Below, piece after piece: positions 10,436 to 21,250 of a DNA stretch of 64,000 bases. Source of the stretch: Nitrosopumilus sp. (lineage in GTDB: Archaea; Thermoproteota; Nitrososphaeria; Nitrososphaerales; Nitrosopumilaceae); contig OZ242186.1 of the NCBI GenBank assembly GCA_965205675.1, forward strand, positions 1,088,001 to 1,152,000, in the 5' to 3' direction. The notes below the pieces were generated by a model. That model ran no database searches. It was not told the DNA's origin and saw nothing but the letters and a program-made list of their open reading frames with translations. Numbering within the stretch: the stretch's first letter is position 1; each line of letters begins with the position of its first letter. A program made the translations under genes and the position numbers.

Positions 10436-10865
10436 ATGTGAAGATTGTGGTGAACACATCACATATTCTAAAAATCGCATGCAAACTCATGCAGAACTTT
10501 TGAAAAACATCGATGTCCAAAATGTGGGAATTTTGCATTAAAAACATTAAGTTCAGATATTTAATTGAAACATGGGCATAACTATTTACAAAAGATGATA
10601 AATTGTTAGTTTTACAAAATCGAGCCTAGGCGTTAAACCCCCCTTGAAAATTAGTATGTTTAGGCATAATACGAAATTTTCAAAATCAGGCGTTTTGGTG
10701 GGGGGTTGAACACTTGTGCCTACATACAATATGCAACCCTAATTCCACCCAGCTCTACCATCTAAACATGCCCAAACTATTATTGTCGTGCGTAAAAGCT
10801 CAACCCCTTATTTTTTGATAAAAATGTGGATTTGGTTGAAAAAATAGTGCAAAAAATAAACAAAA

Positions 10866-11375
10866 TTATTTCAAAACTTTGTAATGTAATTGAATCAAAT
10901 GATCATAATCTATTGTTTTTAACAATTCAAGTTTTGATTCATTCTTGATATTAGTAAATAATGGAATACCATCACCAAGAACGATTGGAATAACAGACAA
11001 GATTATTTCATCCACAAATCCCAGATTCATGAAAGTTGAAATTATTTGTGACCCACCAATTAACCAAATATCCAGTCCAGGAACAAAAAGAATCTCTTGC
11101 ATCAATTTTTTAACATTATTTACAAAGTGAACATTTTTGTCTTTATTTTGATTATTGTTTCTAGTAAACACGTATGATTTCTTATCCTGGTACGGATATG
11201 CTCCAAATGATAGCACTTGATCGTGTGTATTTTTACCCATAATTACAGTATCAATAGATTTGTAAAAATCATCATGTCCAGAAGGCATATTTTTTGAAAA
11301 CCAGTCCACATCACCGTTATTTTTGGCAATATACCCATCCAAGCTTGTGGCAATGTATAAAATAATTTTTCTCAT
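10866..11375 (-). CDS. dihydrofolate reductase / RibD C-terminal family protein
   Basis: IATSLDGYIA, IMGKNT, IWLIGG, PIVLGDGIPLF; probable start MRKII. Confidence 0.9.
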   Translation of the reverse strand: MRKIILYIATSLDGYIAKNNGDVDWFSKNMPSGHDDFYKSIDTVIMGKNTHDQVLSFGAYPYQDKKSYVFTRNNNQNKDKNVHFVNNVKKLMQEILFVPGLDIWLIGGSQIISTFMNLGFVDEIILSVIPIVLGDGIPLFTNIKNESKLELLKTIDYDHLIQLHYKVLK

Positions 11376-11453
11376 AAGACTTGTCAAAAAGAGATAGTTA
11401 ATAATCACATGTTGAATCATAAATTTTGATAAAAATGCTTCTAAAACCGGTTC

Positions 11454-12555
11454 TATACTCTCTAACAAAATTTTATGATCTGTTGATCTGATTTATTTTA
11501 CCAAATGCCATATTGATCAAAACATTACACATCAAACCATGAATAATCAAAAATTAATTCAAGCATACAAAGATGAAAAGAACGTCAAGGTAAAAGAAAG
11601 GCTATTTTTGATAAAGCGAGTATTACTTGAGAACCAAATTGCATCACATGTTGCAAAGAATCTTGGACGTGTACGTTCATGGGCATACAAATGGTTAGAT
11701 AGATTTGCAGAATATGGAATTGCAGGACTGCAAGACTTGCCTAGAACTGGCAGACCAACTAGTATACCAAAAAAGAAACTAGTCAGCATTCAACTACAAA
11801 TTGCAGAAAAACAATCCGGCTGGAGTGCAAAGCAAGTGATGAATCTGATTTATCAAAAATCAGGTGTAAAATATCATGAGGTTCATGTGTACAGATTATT
11901 ACACAAATGGGGATTTGTTCCAAAGGTTGCAGCAAAGAGATTTGTAAATTCAGCTAGTGTTGAGGAAAAACTCTGGTTTAAAAAAACTCCAAAGAACAAA
12001 TAGCCTCAAAAATAGCAAAAGGCTTTACAGTTCTTGCACAAGATGAGTCCATCTTTACTGCTGATGCGATATTTAGAAAAAAGATGTGGGTAAAGAAAGG
12101 AACCCGTCCAATTATTCTAGTAAACGGGTCACATCAAAAAACAATCATTTTTGGTGCACTGACTCATGACGGCAGGCAATTATTCAGACAATATGAAAAA
12201 TTTGATCAGTACTGTTTTTTGGATTATCTAAAGGAATTGCACAGAAAGTTTGGCAAGATTCTAGTCTATGTAGACCGAGCACCACAACACAGATCAAAAC
12301 TAGTACAAAAATATCTTGATGAGAATGCAGATGATGTTCTATTGAATTGGTTTCCAAAAGGCTCACCACAGTTCAATGCAGTTGAGGAAGTATGGAAGCA
12401 AGGAAAATACAATTTGTTGGTGTCACAGTATCAACCATCTCTAAGTAATCTGAAAAATAACATCTCCAAATATTACAGAACCAGACGATTCAATTTAGAC
12501 ATTCTCAAGTATATGCAACGAGAGGATGGTTGACGAACTTATGTTAGGAAGTATA
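11454..12555 (+). mobile_element. IS630-family element type A (ORFs 11539-12003 and 12084-12533 joined by -1 frameshift)
   Basis: TA-flanked imperfect TIRs; TTT-A7 slip site; -1 frame gives QDES; DRAPQH, NAVEEVW. Confidence 0.9.
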
Positions 12556-12657
12556 AATGAGTAAGCATTGTGCCATAAACAACACTCAATTAAGACTTTC
12601 TTCCCCCCTTGTTCAATCCTCAAAACAATCATTCTTTAGATAAATCCACTAAAGAAT

Positions 12658-13731
12658 AGACCTCTTGCGTAATTACAAACAAAATCTTATCTTTCATTGA
12701 ATTTAATTTCAAATAATTTCTAATCTTATGGAATCACAACAAACTCTTGCTTCCATCTTGTCTTGAAATTTACAATTCCACATACGATGTCACTTATTGC
12801 ATCATACCTGCACAATCTGTTCCTAAATGTCTCAGAATTAATCCTAAACTTTTTGATTTGAGAGATAATATGTTCTACTTTTATTCGGATTCTTGACTGT
12901 ATCTTGTTCCATTCCTTTTGATGTATGGTCAGTTTTTTTCCTTTCTTTTTCTTGTATGGTAGAATGCTTGTCTGTTCTGGGAAATCTTTTTCCACTCCCA
13001 AATACCCAAGGTCATAAGATATCATCACATCTTCGTGTAGTGCAGGATACTTTATTTTCAGTATGGCATAATCATGTTTTTTACCTGGAGAATGTGGGGG
13101 TTTGTGGATTATCTCACCTTTCTGGTTTACGGTGATTTGGTTTTTTATTGTGTGTTTTTTTGCCTGAATAGTGAGTCTTTCTTTTCTTTTTGTTCTGGGG
13201 TCTTGGGATTGGTTGTTCAGTACCATCAGTCATTGCAATTAATTCAGGAAAGAACAGTTGGAGTTGCTGTACATCATTTATTTTTTTGGAATCAGAGTAT
13301 AGTTTTGCAGGAATAGGAACTGTTTTTCTTACTGCAGGCTCTAAATCTGATGTTTCTGTAGACGTTGCTCTGGTCTAATCCAAACAGATATCCTGTCAAC
13401 TCGCATGTCAGGTACATCCGATAGTAAACAAACAACATTACAAGCTGGTCTTCAAGACTCAAATCAAACTTTCGCCCAGCTCCGATACTTCTTTTTCTCT
13501 TTGCTTTGGATAATCTCTTCTTTTCTTCTATACGGTGATTCTTTCTGACATCCTTTAGAATCACATCAAACTGTTGCCTGGTCACTCCAGTAAAAGAGAG
13601 AAGGGATTTTGGCTTTTTTGAGAGTTGCTTGTATGTTAACATGAAATGTGTTAGGTTGTTCTTAGCTTTGGATCTTGCTGTGAAGGAATTTGTGTAATAT
13701 GGTAAAATATGTCTAATTACGCAAGAGGTCT
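12658..13731 (-). mobile_element. IS5 (ISL2-like) copy 2, additional frameshifts
   Basis: Same TIRs and near identity to copy 1; flanks AAT/ATT. Confidence 0.92.
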
Positions 13732-14709
13732 ATTCATAAAATTCTGATTCAACATTAACATGTTTGCACTGTCTCCAAATCTCTTCAATCATACTCAAAT
13801 GCGGGGAGCCTCTCAGAAGATATGCCAGTTTGACATCTTCGTTTTTACGCAGATATTTTTTTACATCATTAGCTTTGTGTTGTGGTGCTCTATCGACGAT
13901 AACAAATATTTTTCCAAATTTTCTACGAGCTGCCTCCAAATAATCTATAAATGCAATTGAATTAAATTTTTCATACGATCTAAAATTTTTTGATTATCAT
14001 CATTTCCATAAACCAAAAATCTTTGGTGCGATCCTCTCCAACGTACAATCATTCGTTGGTGTACATCTGTCCAGTATTTTTTACCAAGACGTACATCGTC
14101 GACAAATACTGATTCGTCTTGGATAAATACTGTAAAACCTTTCTTTTTTGCCTTTTCTATGCGTGAAATGATGCGGTTTTTCCACTTGCGGCACACATCC
14201 TTGGATGCTGCTCGCACATGTACCTTTTGTGGAACCTTTGGTTTTAGATTCCATTTGTGCATCAAACGACGCACATGAGTGATATGATATGTAATGCGTG
14301 TTCTGTAAAATATGAATTGTATCAGTTTTTTTTGGAGTCATTCCATCTGAAATTTTCTTAAATGTACGCTCTATTTTTTGTAATTTTTTGTGTGAAATTA
14401 ATGGCGGACGGCCAGAACGAGGGGTGGTCCTCCAGGCCCTCCAATCCATATCTTTCAAATGAATCAAGCCAATTCCTTACAGAATTATATGTACAAAACA
14501 TTTGTCTTGCAGTTTCAGCAATTGTGGATTCGTTGATTTTGATAATGCACATTGCATGTAATCTTGTTTTTTTGTGAATATTTTTTTTCTTTTTTGTAGA
14601 CCTGGAGTAACTCGTCATTTGTGATGTCAATGAAATTATTTCTAACTACTGATCAAAAAGTATTGCTATTTGTTTTGAAAAATTGCAAAGAATTATGCTC
14701 CGAGGTATA
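13732..14709 (-). mobile_element. IS630 type B copy 1, frameshifted and 3'-truncated by IS5
   Basis: Near identical to 18445-19536. Confidence 0.9.
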
Positions 14710-14828
14710 AGTCCAGGAAAGTTTTTGTTGTACATCAAAGAAATGGAATGGAGATACAACAACAGAGATAAAGACACTTTCTCATTATTGTTAGATTATG
14801 TGTTGGTGGTGAATAATTGATAATCACC
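14710..14828 (+). pseudogene. IS1595-family transposase C-terminal remnant
   Basis: SPGKFLLYIKEMEWRYNNR. Confidence 0.7.
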
Positions 14829-14950
14829 TAGAGATTTTTTCTCAAATTTTGTATTTTAACAGAATTCATACCTGAAAATTCAAATTTCTCAACCAATTTG
14901 AAAAATCCTGCAGCAAAATTCACGCCTAGAAATAATTACGCAAGACGTCT
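14829..14950. mobile_element. MITE copy 2 lacking left TIR
   Basis: Matches 9785-9906. Confidence 0.85.
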
Positions 14951-14986
14951 AATTATTCACTAAATGATCTGTTTTGAGATGAGTTG
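14951..14986. mobile_element. terminal fragment of IS5 (IS427-like) element
   Basis: ACTAAATGA..CTGTTTTGAGATGAGTTG matches about 39284-39311. Confidence 0.65.
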
Positions 14987-15069
14987 GATAGGCCATAGGT
15001 AAATTTACGAAGAAATGCCTCTAGATATAATGCGTTTCAACTATATACTAAAATAATTTAAGATATTTT

Positions 15070-15555
15070 ATGGCAGGAATGGGAGTTATGATAGTGATTG
15101 GAGCAACAATAGCATCAATGGTTGTTGCAAATTTCATGTATACCCAATATACTACAAATTTCATCGAATCTACAGTAGGAGAGAAGGTGATAGTAGGGCC
15201 CGTAGAATATATGGTAACTTTTGAGGGAACTCACAAGGGGAGCAGAGAAGCAGTTCCAGAAAATATTTTTGTAAAAATTGGAATTACTGCAAAAAATACA
15301 GGGGATGAAAAAACACTGTTTTCGGGAGGGCAATTATACATTGTAGATGAAAAAGAACAAAAACACGAGGCATTTTATGGTGAATTTTCATCCAAAGACT
15401 TGTGGGTAGATTGGTTAGAGCCAGGGCAAGAGATTGAGAGAACCACACAATTCGATATTCCATTTGATGATGAAAAACAATACAAAATAATTATTCGTCC
15501 ACAAAAGGAACAATCAACTGTAGATACAGCTTTGATTTGTATTACAAATTGTTGA
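15070..15555 (+). CDS. DUF4352-like membrane-anchored protein
   Basis: N-terminal TM; FVKIGITAKNTG, LEPGQEIERTTQFDIP. Confidence 0.75.
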   Translation: MAGMGVMIVIGATIASMVVANFMYTQYTTNFIESTVGEKVIVGPVEYMVTFEGTHKGSREAVPENIFVKIGITAKNTGDEKTLFSGGQLYIVDEKEQKHEAFYGEFSSKDLWVDWLEPGQEIERTTQFDIPFDDEKQYKIIIRPQKEQSTVDTALICITNC

Positions 15556-15657
15556 TCGGTAATTTCAAAAAAACAAAAAAAGTGTCAAATTTTTCTATAT
15601 AATGTGTAGTAATGTGTGACTTTTACCATATAACACCTATGATTTTCGGAAACAGTC

Positions 15658-15996
15658 ATGGCAATATCTAAAGCCAAAAGAGCCGAAGCAGCTAAGAAAG
15701 CAGCAAGAACTCGAAAGAGGAATGCAGCTAAGAAAGCAGCAGAGGCATTAAAAGCAGCAGCAGCACGTAAGAGAAAGGCAGCAGCAACTCGAAGGAAGAA
15801 GGCAGGTAAAAAAGCCGCTCCAAAGAGACGAACAGCAGTAAAAAGAAAAGCCGCTCCAAAACGTAAAGCTGTTGCTAAGAAAAAAGCCGCTCCAAAGAGA
15901 AAGGCAGCAGTAAAAAGAAAAGCCGCTCCAAAACGTAAAGCTGTTGCTAAGAAAAAAGCCGCTCCAAAGAGAAAGGCAGCTAAACGTCGTCGTTAA
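15658..15996 (+). CDS. histone H1-like Lys/Ala/Arg-rich protein
   Basis: KKAAPKRK repeats; 72-bp internal duplication. Confidence 0.8.
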   Translation: MAISKAKRAEAAKKAARTRKRNAAKKAAEALKAAAARKRKAAATRRKKAGKKAAPKRRTAVKRKAAPKRKAVAKKKAAPKRKAAVKRKAAPKRKAVAKKKAAPKRKAAKRRR

Positions 15997-16043
15997 GCTG
16001 TCTAAACTATCTTTTTTGAATTCACTCTACTGAATGTATTATA

Positions 16044-16065
16044 TTTCTAAATTCGAATTTAGAAA
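16044..16065. repeat. 22-bp palindrome, perfect
   Basis: TTTCTAAATTCGAATTTAGAAA between convergent genes. Confidence 0.85.
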
Positions 16066-16077
16066 CATCTTGAATTG

Positions 16078-16494
16078 TTACTCTTGCATCTTTAGTTCAG
16101 GTAAAACAAAAACTTTGTTTGGTTTTATTTTCAGTATGATTCTTTTTTCATCATCACGTTTGAATGGATAATGTTGGCGGCTCATGTATTGTTGTGTTAG
16201 CTTGTCTGCATGTTTGTATTCATAGTCGGGAATTAATTCATCAACGGTTCCACGAATAGTTGTCATGTCAAGAGGATTATCGTTTGACACAACAGATACT
16301 GCAACTCTAGGATCACGTAAAACATTTTTGTGTTTTATTCTACCTTCTGCTGTGTTTACTAAAACATATCCATCTTCATAATTTGCCCAGACAGGAGAAA
16401 CTTGAGGAGAACCATCTTTCATTACAGTTGCAATGTAGACAAGATTTTTTTCTGAAAACAGTTTGATTACTTTATCATCCATGATTTTCATCAT
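16078..16494 (-). CDS. PPOX-class F420-dependent oxidoreductase
   Basis: ATVMKDGSPQVSPVW, KHKNVLRDPRVAVSV. Confidence 0.88.
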   Translation of the reverse strand: MMKIMDDKVIKLFSEKNLVYIATVMKDGSPQVSPVWANYEDGYVLVNTAEGRIKHKNVLRDPRVAVSVVSNDNPLDMTTIRGTVDELIPDYEYKHADKLTQQYMSRQHYPFKRDDEKRIILKIKPNKVFVLPELKMQE

Positions 16495-16628
16495 TTAAGA
16501 TTACAGAACTCTATTTTTGTCTTGGGATAAAAAATGCACAAAAACACTCTCAAAATGTGTCTGCAAGAAATAACATTGAAGATTCATCTTGATCGGTTTT
16601 AGATGATTCATCATTATAGTGTCAACTG

Positions 16629-17129
16629 TTATTTTTTACTTGATTTTTCAAGAACATTAGTCATTGCCCGATTCATTATCTCCATTATAAGATATTGAGA
16701 GTATTCTTCAGATTTTTTGCCCTTGGATTTAGTTTTCGGAGTTAATCCTTTGAGGATTTTTTCAATTTTTGTCGAGGTATTTGTAATGATTTTAGAATAT
16801 GTAAAATCAAAATCATCAGGAGTTTGAAAATCTAATAATTTTGTAGATGTGCTATAGAATTTAGTAATGGCTCCACGAGATTCTTCAATTCTAGCAATTT
16901 CAATTAATCCAGATTCTTTTAGAATTTCTAAATGATGACGGACAGTGGTTAGTGCTTTTTTGTATCCAATCTTTTTCAAGGCTGTTGAGATTTGATCAGC
17001 AGATAATGCTTGATGGTATAAAATTTCAACAATTTTTGCTCGTGCAGGGTCATCAATTGCACGTGCGTGTCCAATACTTGTCGTAACAGTACGATTTACT
17101 TTGATTTGCTTTTCTAGTAACGTAGACAT
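16629..17129 (-). CDS. ArsR-family winged-helix regulator
   Basis: DPARAKIVEIL, TTVRHHLEILKESGLI. Confidence 0.88.
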   Translation of the reverse strand: MSTLLEKQIKVNRTVTTSIGHARAIDDPARAKIVEILYHQALSADQISTALKKIGYKKALTTVRHHLEILKESGLIEIARIEESRGAITKFYSTSTKLLDFQTPDDFDFTYSKIITNTSTKIEKILKGLTPKTKSKGKKSEEYSQYLIMEIMNRAMTNVLEKSSKK

Positions 17130-17243
17130 ACAGAACTACCTTTCAAACAGATCTAAAAGATCCTTGTATCATATTTTTTGTCTAATCGCATCAATTTTTC
17201 TTTACTTTAATTGAAATTGGACTGCTACTATTTTTATGATAAC

Positions 17244-17306
17244 CAGTACAATATGTATAGTAATGTAACCAATGTATGTAATAGCATTACAATAAGTATA
17301 GTAATG
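17244..17306. promoter_or_regulatory. candidate tandem operator upstream of ArsR gene
   Basis: CAGTAC-N10-GTAATG and CATTAC-N10-GTAATG, 41 bp apart. Confidence 0.5.
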
Positions 17307-17474
17307 AACAGATAATTATTGTAACGGTTTTAAAATTTTGAAAAAATATCAAAAAAGACAAATTCTGAAAAACATGTTAGCAAATAAGTCATCAAGGTGT
17401 TATTTTGCAAAGGATCAAAAATAAAATTCGAGTTGAGAGTTAGCTTCCAGTCAACAATGAATCAAGAATTAGAG

Positions 17475-18299
17475 TTACAGAGAATAGCCAGTTAATTTTT
17501 CATATGCAGTAACATAACGTTCTGTCATCTTTAAGATAATCTCTGTAGGAATTTCTGGTGCAGTAGGTTCTTGTCCTGCATCACGTTGCTCATCAAATTG
17601 TTTTTGATATCCATTAGTAGTCAACCAGTCACGTAGCAATTGTTTATCATATGCTTCTTGAATTTTTCCAACTTTAAAGGAATCTTTAGGCCATAAGCGA
17701 TATTCATCAGGACCAATTGAATCACCCAAAGTGATTTGATTATCTAATAATCCAAATTCTAATTTTAAATCAGCCAAGATAAATCCAACACCATCTGCAA
17801 CTTTGGCCATTTTTGTATAGATGTCAATTGAAGTTTTCTCTAACCATGTGTATTGTTCTTCTGTAACTAGATTCATCTCTAATGCTTTTGTTTTGTTTAT
17901 CGGAATATCATGTTCAGATTTTGTGGTAGGATCAAAGAAAGGTTCAGGTAGTTTTGCAGCAAGTGTTGTATCAGTTCCTTTAGAAACAGCAACCTCGCCT
18001 TTTTTCCATCTACTAACCAAACTGCCATAAAAATAGCCTCTAACCACACATTCTATAGGCAACATTTTCATCTTTTTTACGACAATCTCAGTGTCAGATT
18101 CTCGTCTGATGAAATGGTTGGGTACAGAAAGTTCATTGAACCAAAACTCTGCAAATTTGCAAAGAATCTCACCTTTTCTAGGAATGTCTTGTTTGAATTT
18201 TACATCATAAGCTGAAACCCTATCTGAGAATTTGAATAAAAGACTAGAATCATCTACATCATAAAGATCCTTTACTTTGCCACGTGTAAGAAACTTCAA
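17475..18299 (-). CDS. purC: SAICAR synthetase
   Basis: GKVKDLY, DRVSAYD, ECVVRGY, ADLKLEFG. Confidence 0.95.
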   Translation of the reverse strand: MKFLTRGKVKDLYDVDDSSLLFKFSDRVSAYDVKFKQDIPRKGEILCKFAEFWFNELSVPNHFIRRESDTEIVVKKMKMLPIECVVRGYFYGSLVSRWKKGEVAVSKGTDTTLAAKLPEPFFDPTTKSEHDIPINKTKALEMNLVTEEQYTWLEKTSIDIYTKMAKVADGVGFILADLKLEFGLLDNQITLGDSIGPDEYRLWPKDSFKVGKIQEAYDKQLLRDWLTTNGYQKQFDEQRDAGQEPTAPEIPTEIILKMTERYVTAYEKLTGYSL

Positions 18300-18444
18300 A
18301 CAATTATAGCTAATTTTGATAGAATTTAACTGCTAGGAGTATAACGATCTAAGCTTCAACTGAAAATTTCAAATTATGGCATCAAGACAACAGTTCAACA
18401 CCTTTTCAGAGTTTTCTGATCGTGGAACATCATACCTTTAGTTT

Positions 18445-19536
18445 TACCCCAGATCATAAGTCTTTTCAATTTATTGTTCTTGCAAAATACTGATACATAT
18501 TCAAATTGAATTTGTGCGTTCTAAAATATTCCATAACTGTATACCTCATTTCATGAATAGATTCATAAAATTCTGATTCAACATTAACATGTTTGCACTG
18601 TCTCCAAACCTCTTCAATCATACTCAAATGTGGAGAACCTCTCAGAAGATATGCCAGTTTGACATCTTTGTTTTTACGCAGATATTTTTTTACATCATTA
18701 GCTTTGTGTTGCGGCGCTCTATCGACGATAACAAATATTTTTCCAAATTTTCTACGAGCTGCTTCCAGATAATCTATAAATGCAATTGAATTAAATTTTT
18801 CATACGATCTAAAGAAACTTTGATTATCATCATTTCCATAAACCAAAAATCTTTGATGTGATCCTCTCCAACGTACAATTAATCTTTGGTGTGCATCTGT
18901 CCAGTATTTTTTACCAAGACGTACATCGTCTACAAATACTGACTCGTCTTGGATAAATACTGTAAAACCTTTCTTTTTTGCCTTTTCTATGCGTGAAATG
19001 ATGCGGTTTTTCCACTTGCGGCACGTATCCTTGGATGCTGCTCGCACATGTACCTTTTGTGGAACCTTTGGTTTTAGATTCCATTTGTGCATCAAAGGAC
19101 GCACGTGAGTGATATGATATGTGATGTGTGTTCTGTAAAATATGAATTGTATCAGTTTTTTTGGAGTCATGCCGTCTGAAATTTTCTTAAATGCACGCTC
19201 TATTTTTTGTAATGCTTTATGTGAAATTAATGGCGGACGGCCAGAACGAGGGAGATCCTCCAGGCCCTCTAGTCCGTATTTTTCAAATGAATCAAGCCAA
19301 TTCCTTACAGAATTATATGTACAAAACATTTGGCTTGCAGTTTCAGCAATTGTGGATTCGTTGATTTTGATAATGCACATTGCATGTAATCTTGTTTTTT
19401 TGTGAATATTTTTTTCTTTTTTGTAGGCCTGGAGTAACTCGTCATTTGTGATGTCCATGAAATTATTTCTAATTACTGATCAAAAAGTATTGCTATTTGT
19501 TTTGAAAAATTGCAAAGAATTATGCTCCAAGGTATA
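18445..19536 (-). mobile_element. IS630 type B copy 2, intact transposase 18466-19458
   Basis: 330-aa HTH+DDE (QDES, DRAPQH, IEEVW); TACC-type ends. Confidence 0.93.
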
Positions 19537-19582
19537 CATGGCATCAGTTACAATATTTCTTAGAAAAACTAAAACGTTTTAG

Positions 19583-19981
19583 TTACTTTGCTAGTTGTGT
19601 AACTAAATCAGTAGAGGTAATTATTCCAACAATTTTACCATTTTCAGTAACTGCCAGTTTTCTAATTTTTTTACTAGTCATTCTTTGAGCTGCTGCAGAT
19701 ATTAGTTCATTGTGGTTTATCGTAATTAATGGGGAAGACATTATTTTTTCTACAAAAGTATCAAAAGGCAAATTATTTGCAACAATTTTGGTTGCAAAAT
19801 CTCTATCTGTCACAATTCCCACAGGATTTTCTTTTTCTTTTACAATGATTGCCCCTATCCCTCCCTGTTCCATCATTTTTGCAATTTGCAATGCCGTAGT
19901 AAAAGTAGGAACAGTAATCAAAGATTTAGTCATTATATCCTGAACTGCGATAGAAGAATATGCAAAATCTTTGTGGCTCAT
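19583..19981 (-). CDS. CBS-domain protein
   Basis: Two CBS repeats (VGIVTDRD, VGIITSTD). Confidence 0.9.
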   Translation of the reverse strand: MSHKDFAYSSIAVQDIMTKSLITVPTFTTALQIAKMMEQGGIGAIIVKEKENPVGIVTDRDFATKIVANNLPFDTFVEKIMSSPLITINHNELISAAAQRMTSKKIRKLAVTENGKIVGIITSTDLVTQLAK

Positions 19982-20063
19982 TATCTGTTTAAGGGATTAT
20001 AATATTTAGGTGATTGTAAACCTATTACTCCCAAACTAATTTTATGTAATTATCCATGTGAAT

Positions 20064-20254
20064 TGTTTTTATACATTTCCTCTCTTTCTATACATCAGGG
20101 CATGGCTTTCGCTAGAGAATGGTTTCAATCAAAAGATGGCAGACATGTATCCATACGAGACTATTCTCTCAATGCTATCTTCATCCTAGTTAGGATTGTT
20201 CGCAGTTATTAGACGAGGCCTTGTCCCTCAATAATTACAACGCGACTTGCAGTC
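20064..20254 (-). ncRNA. candidate bridge/seekRNA
   Basis: Hairpins plus segments matching the reconstructed target and donor junction; RNA ends unknown. Confidence 0.6.
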
Positions 20255-21250
20255 CTAACTATAATTTTGTACAAATTCTCTCCTCTCCTTTAACATCCAA
20301 TAAATCACCCTCAGGATCTTTGATGCACCAGCTACTGCAGCTTTGGATGATCCTCTTTTCTTTTTAATGCGATTGTAAAATTTTGTAATGTCACTATCCT
20401 TGGCATGAATTGCATGAGTGTGTATGCATTCTGTTAGAACCCATCTCAATGTCATGCTTCCCCTTTTTGTTATTCTGCCATGGTGTATTGTATCTGCAGA
20501 GTTTCTAACTGATGGTACAACTCCTGCATATGCACACAGTTTGTGAGAATCATTGAATCTCTCAATATCTGCAATCTCTGATGCAATGACAAGCGAAGAA
20601 TAATGCCCAATTCCCGGAATCGAGTTTATCAAAATTGCATCAGGATTAACTTTTACAGCAGCATACACTTTGGAATTAATCTCTGCAATCTGTAAATTAA
20701 GGTGGCTGATTTGTTGCAAGAATCCGTCTATTCTGTAATCTCCTAGTGCCTTGAGTCTTCTGTTGTATGTTTCAGTGAATGTAACTCCTGGAATCCTGAT
20801 TCCTTCCTGTAACAATATTCCATGAACTGAATTCTTGACAGATGTTCTCCATTGGATTAGTTTTTTCCTATATCTTACAAGCTGTCTTTGTTGTACAATC
20901 TTTTTGTCTGGAACATAACATGTGGCAATGTATCCTCCTCGTAAAAGATCTGCCAATATCTTGGCATCAATCTTGTCTGTTTTCTTTTTTGATGCAGCAA
21001 TTGCCTTTGTCAAATATGGGTTTGAGAGTGTGACGTTTTTGTATCCCAAAGTATCTGTGAGAAATCGATACGTGTCATACCAGACTGATGAGGATTCCAT
21101 TACAATATTTGCAGAAATTGGTATTTTTGCAAAATGCTTCCTGATAGATTCATGAGTGTTATCCACTTTGTCATTTTGTAATACTTTGCCTGCATCATCC
21201 ATTATTGCTACTTGAAGAAACTTCTTGTGCAGGTCAATGCCCACAAACAT
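20255..21250 (-). CDS. IS110 DEDD recombinase
   Basis: GIDLHK, MESS, KTDKIDA, SIPGIG, YAGVVPSVRNS; probable start MFVGID. Confidence 0.93.
   Translation of the reverse strand: MFVGIDLHKKFLQVAIMDDAGKVLQNDKVDNTHESIRKHFAKIPISANIVMESSSVWYDTYRFLTDTLGYKNVTLSNPYLTKAIAASKKKTDKIDAKILADLLRGGYIATCYVPDKKIVQQRQLVRYRKKLIQWRTSVKNSVHGILLQEGIRIPGVTFTETYNRRLKALGDYRIDGFLQQISHLNLQIAEINSKVYAAVKVNPDAILINSIPGIGHYSSLVIASEIADIERFNDSHKLCAYAGVVPSVRNSADTIHHGRITKRGSMTLRWVLTECIHTHAIHAKDSDITKFYNRIKKKRGSSKAAVAGASKILRVIYWMLKERREFVQNYS

Noticed and set aside
10628-10714. ~85-bp segment with C6/G6 imperfect inverted ends (possible MITE)
   Set aside because: Single copy, imperfect TIR, no clear TSD.
11376-11468. N-terminal extension of the DHFR-like ORF
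   Set aside because: Starts within the IS630 end; the real start is probably MRKII.
18376-19546. ATGGCATCA on both sides of IS630-B copy 2
   Set aside because: The left copy is ~60 bp from the element end and IS630 duplicates TA; cannot be supported as a TSD.
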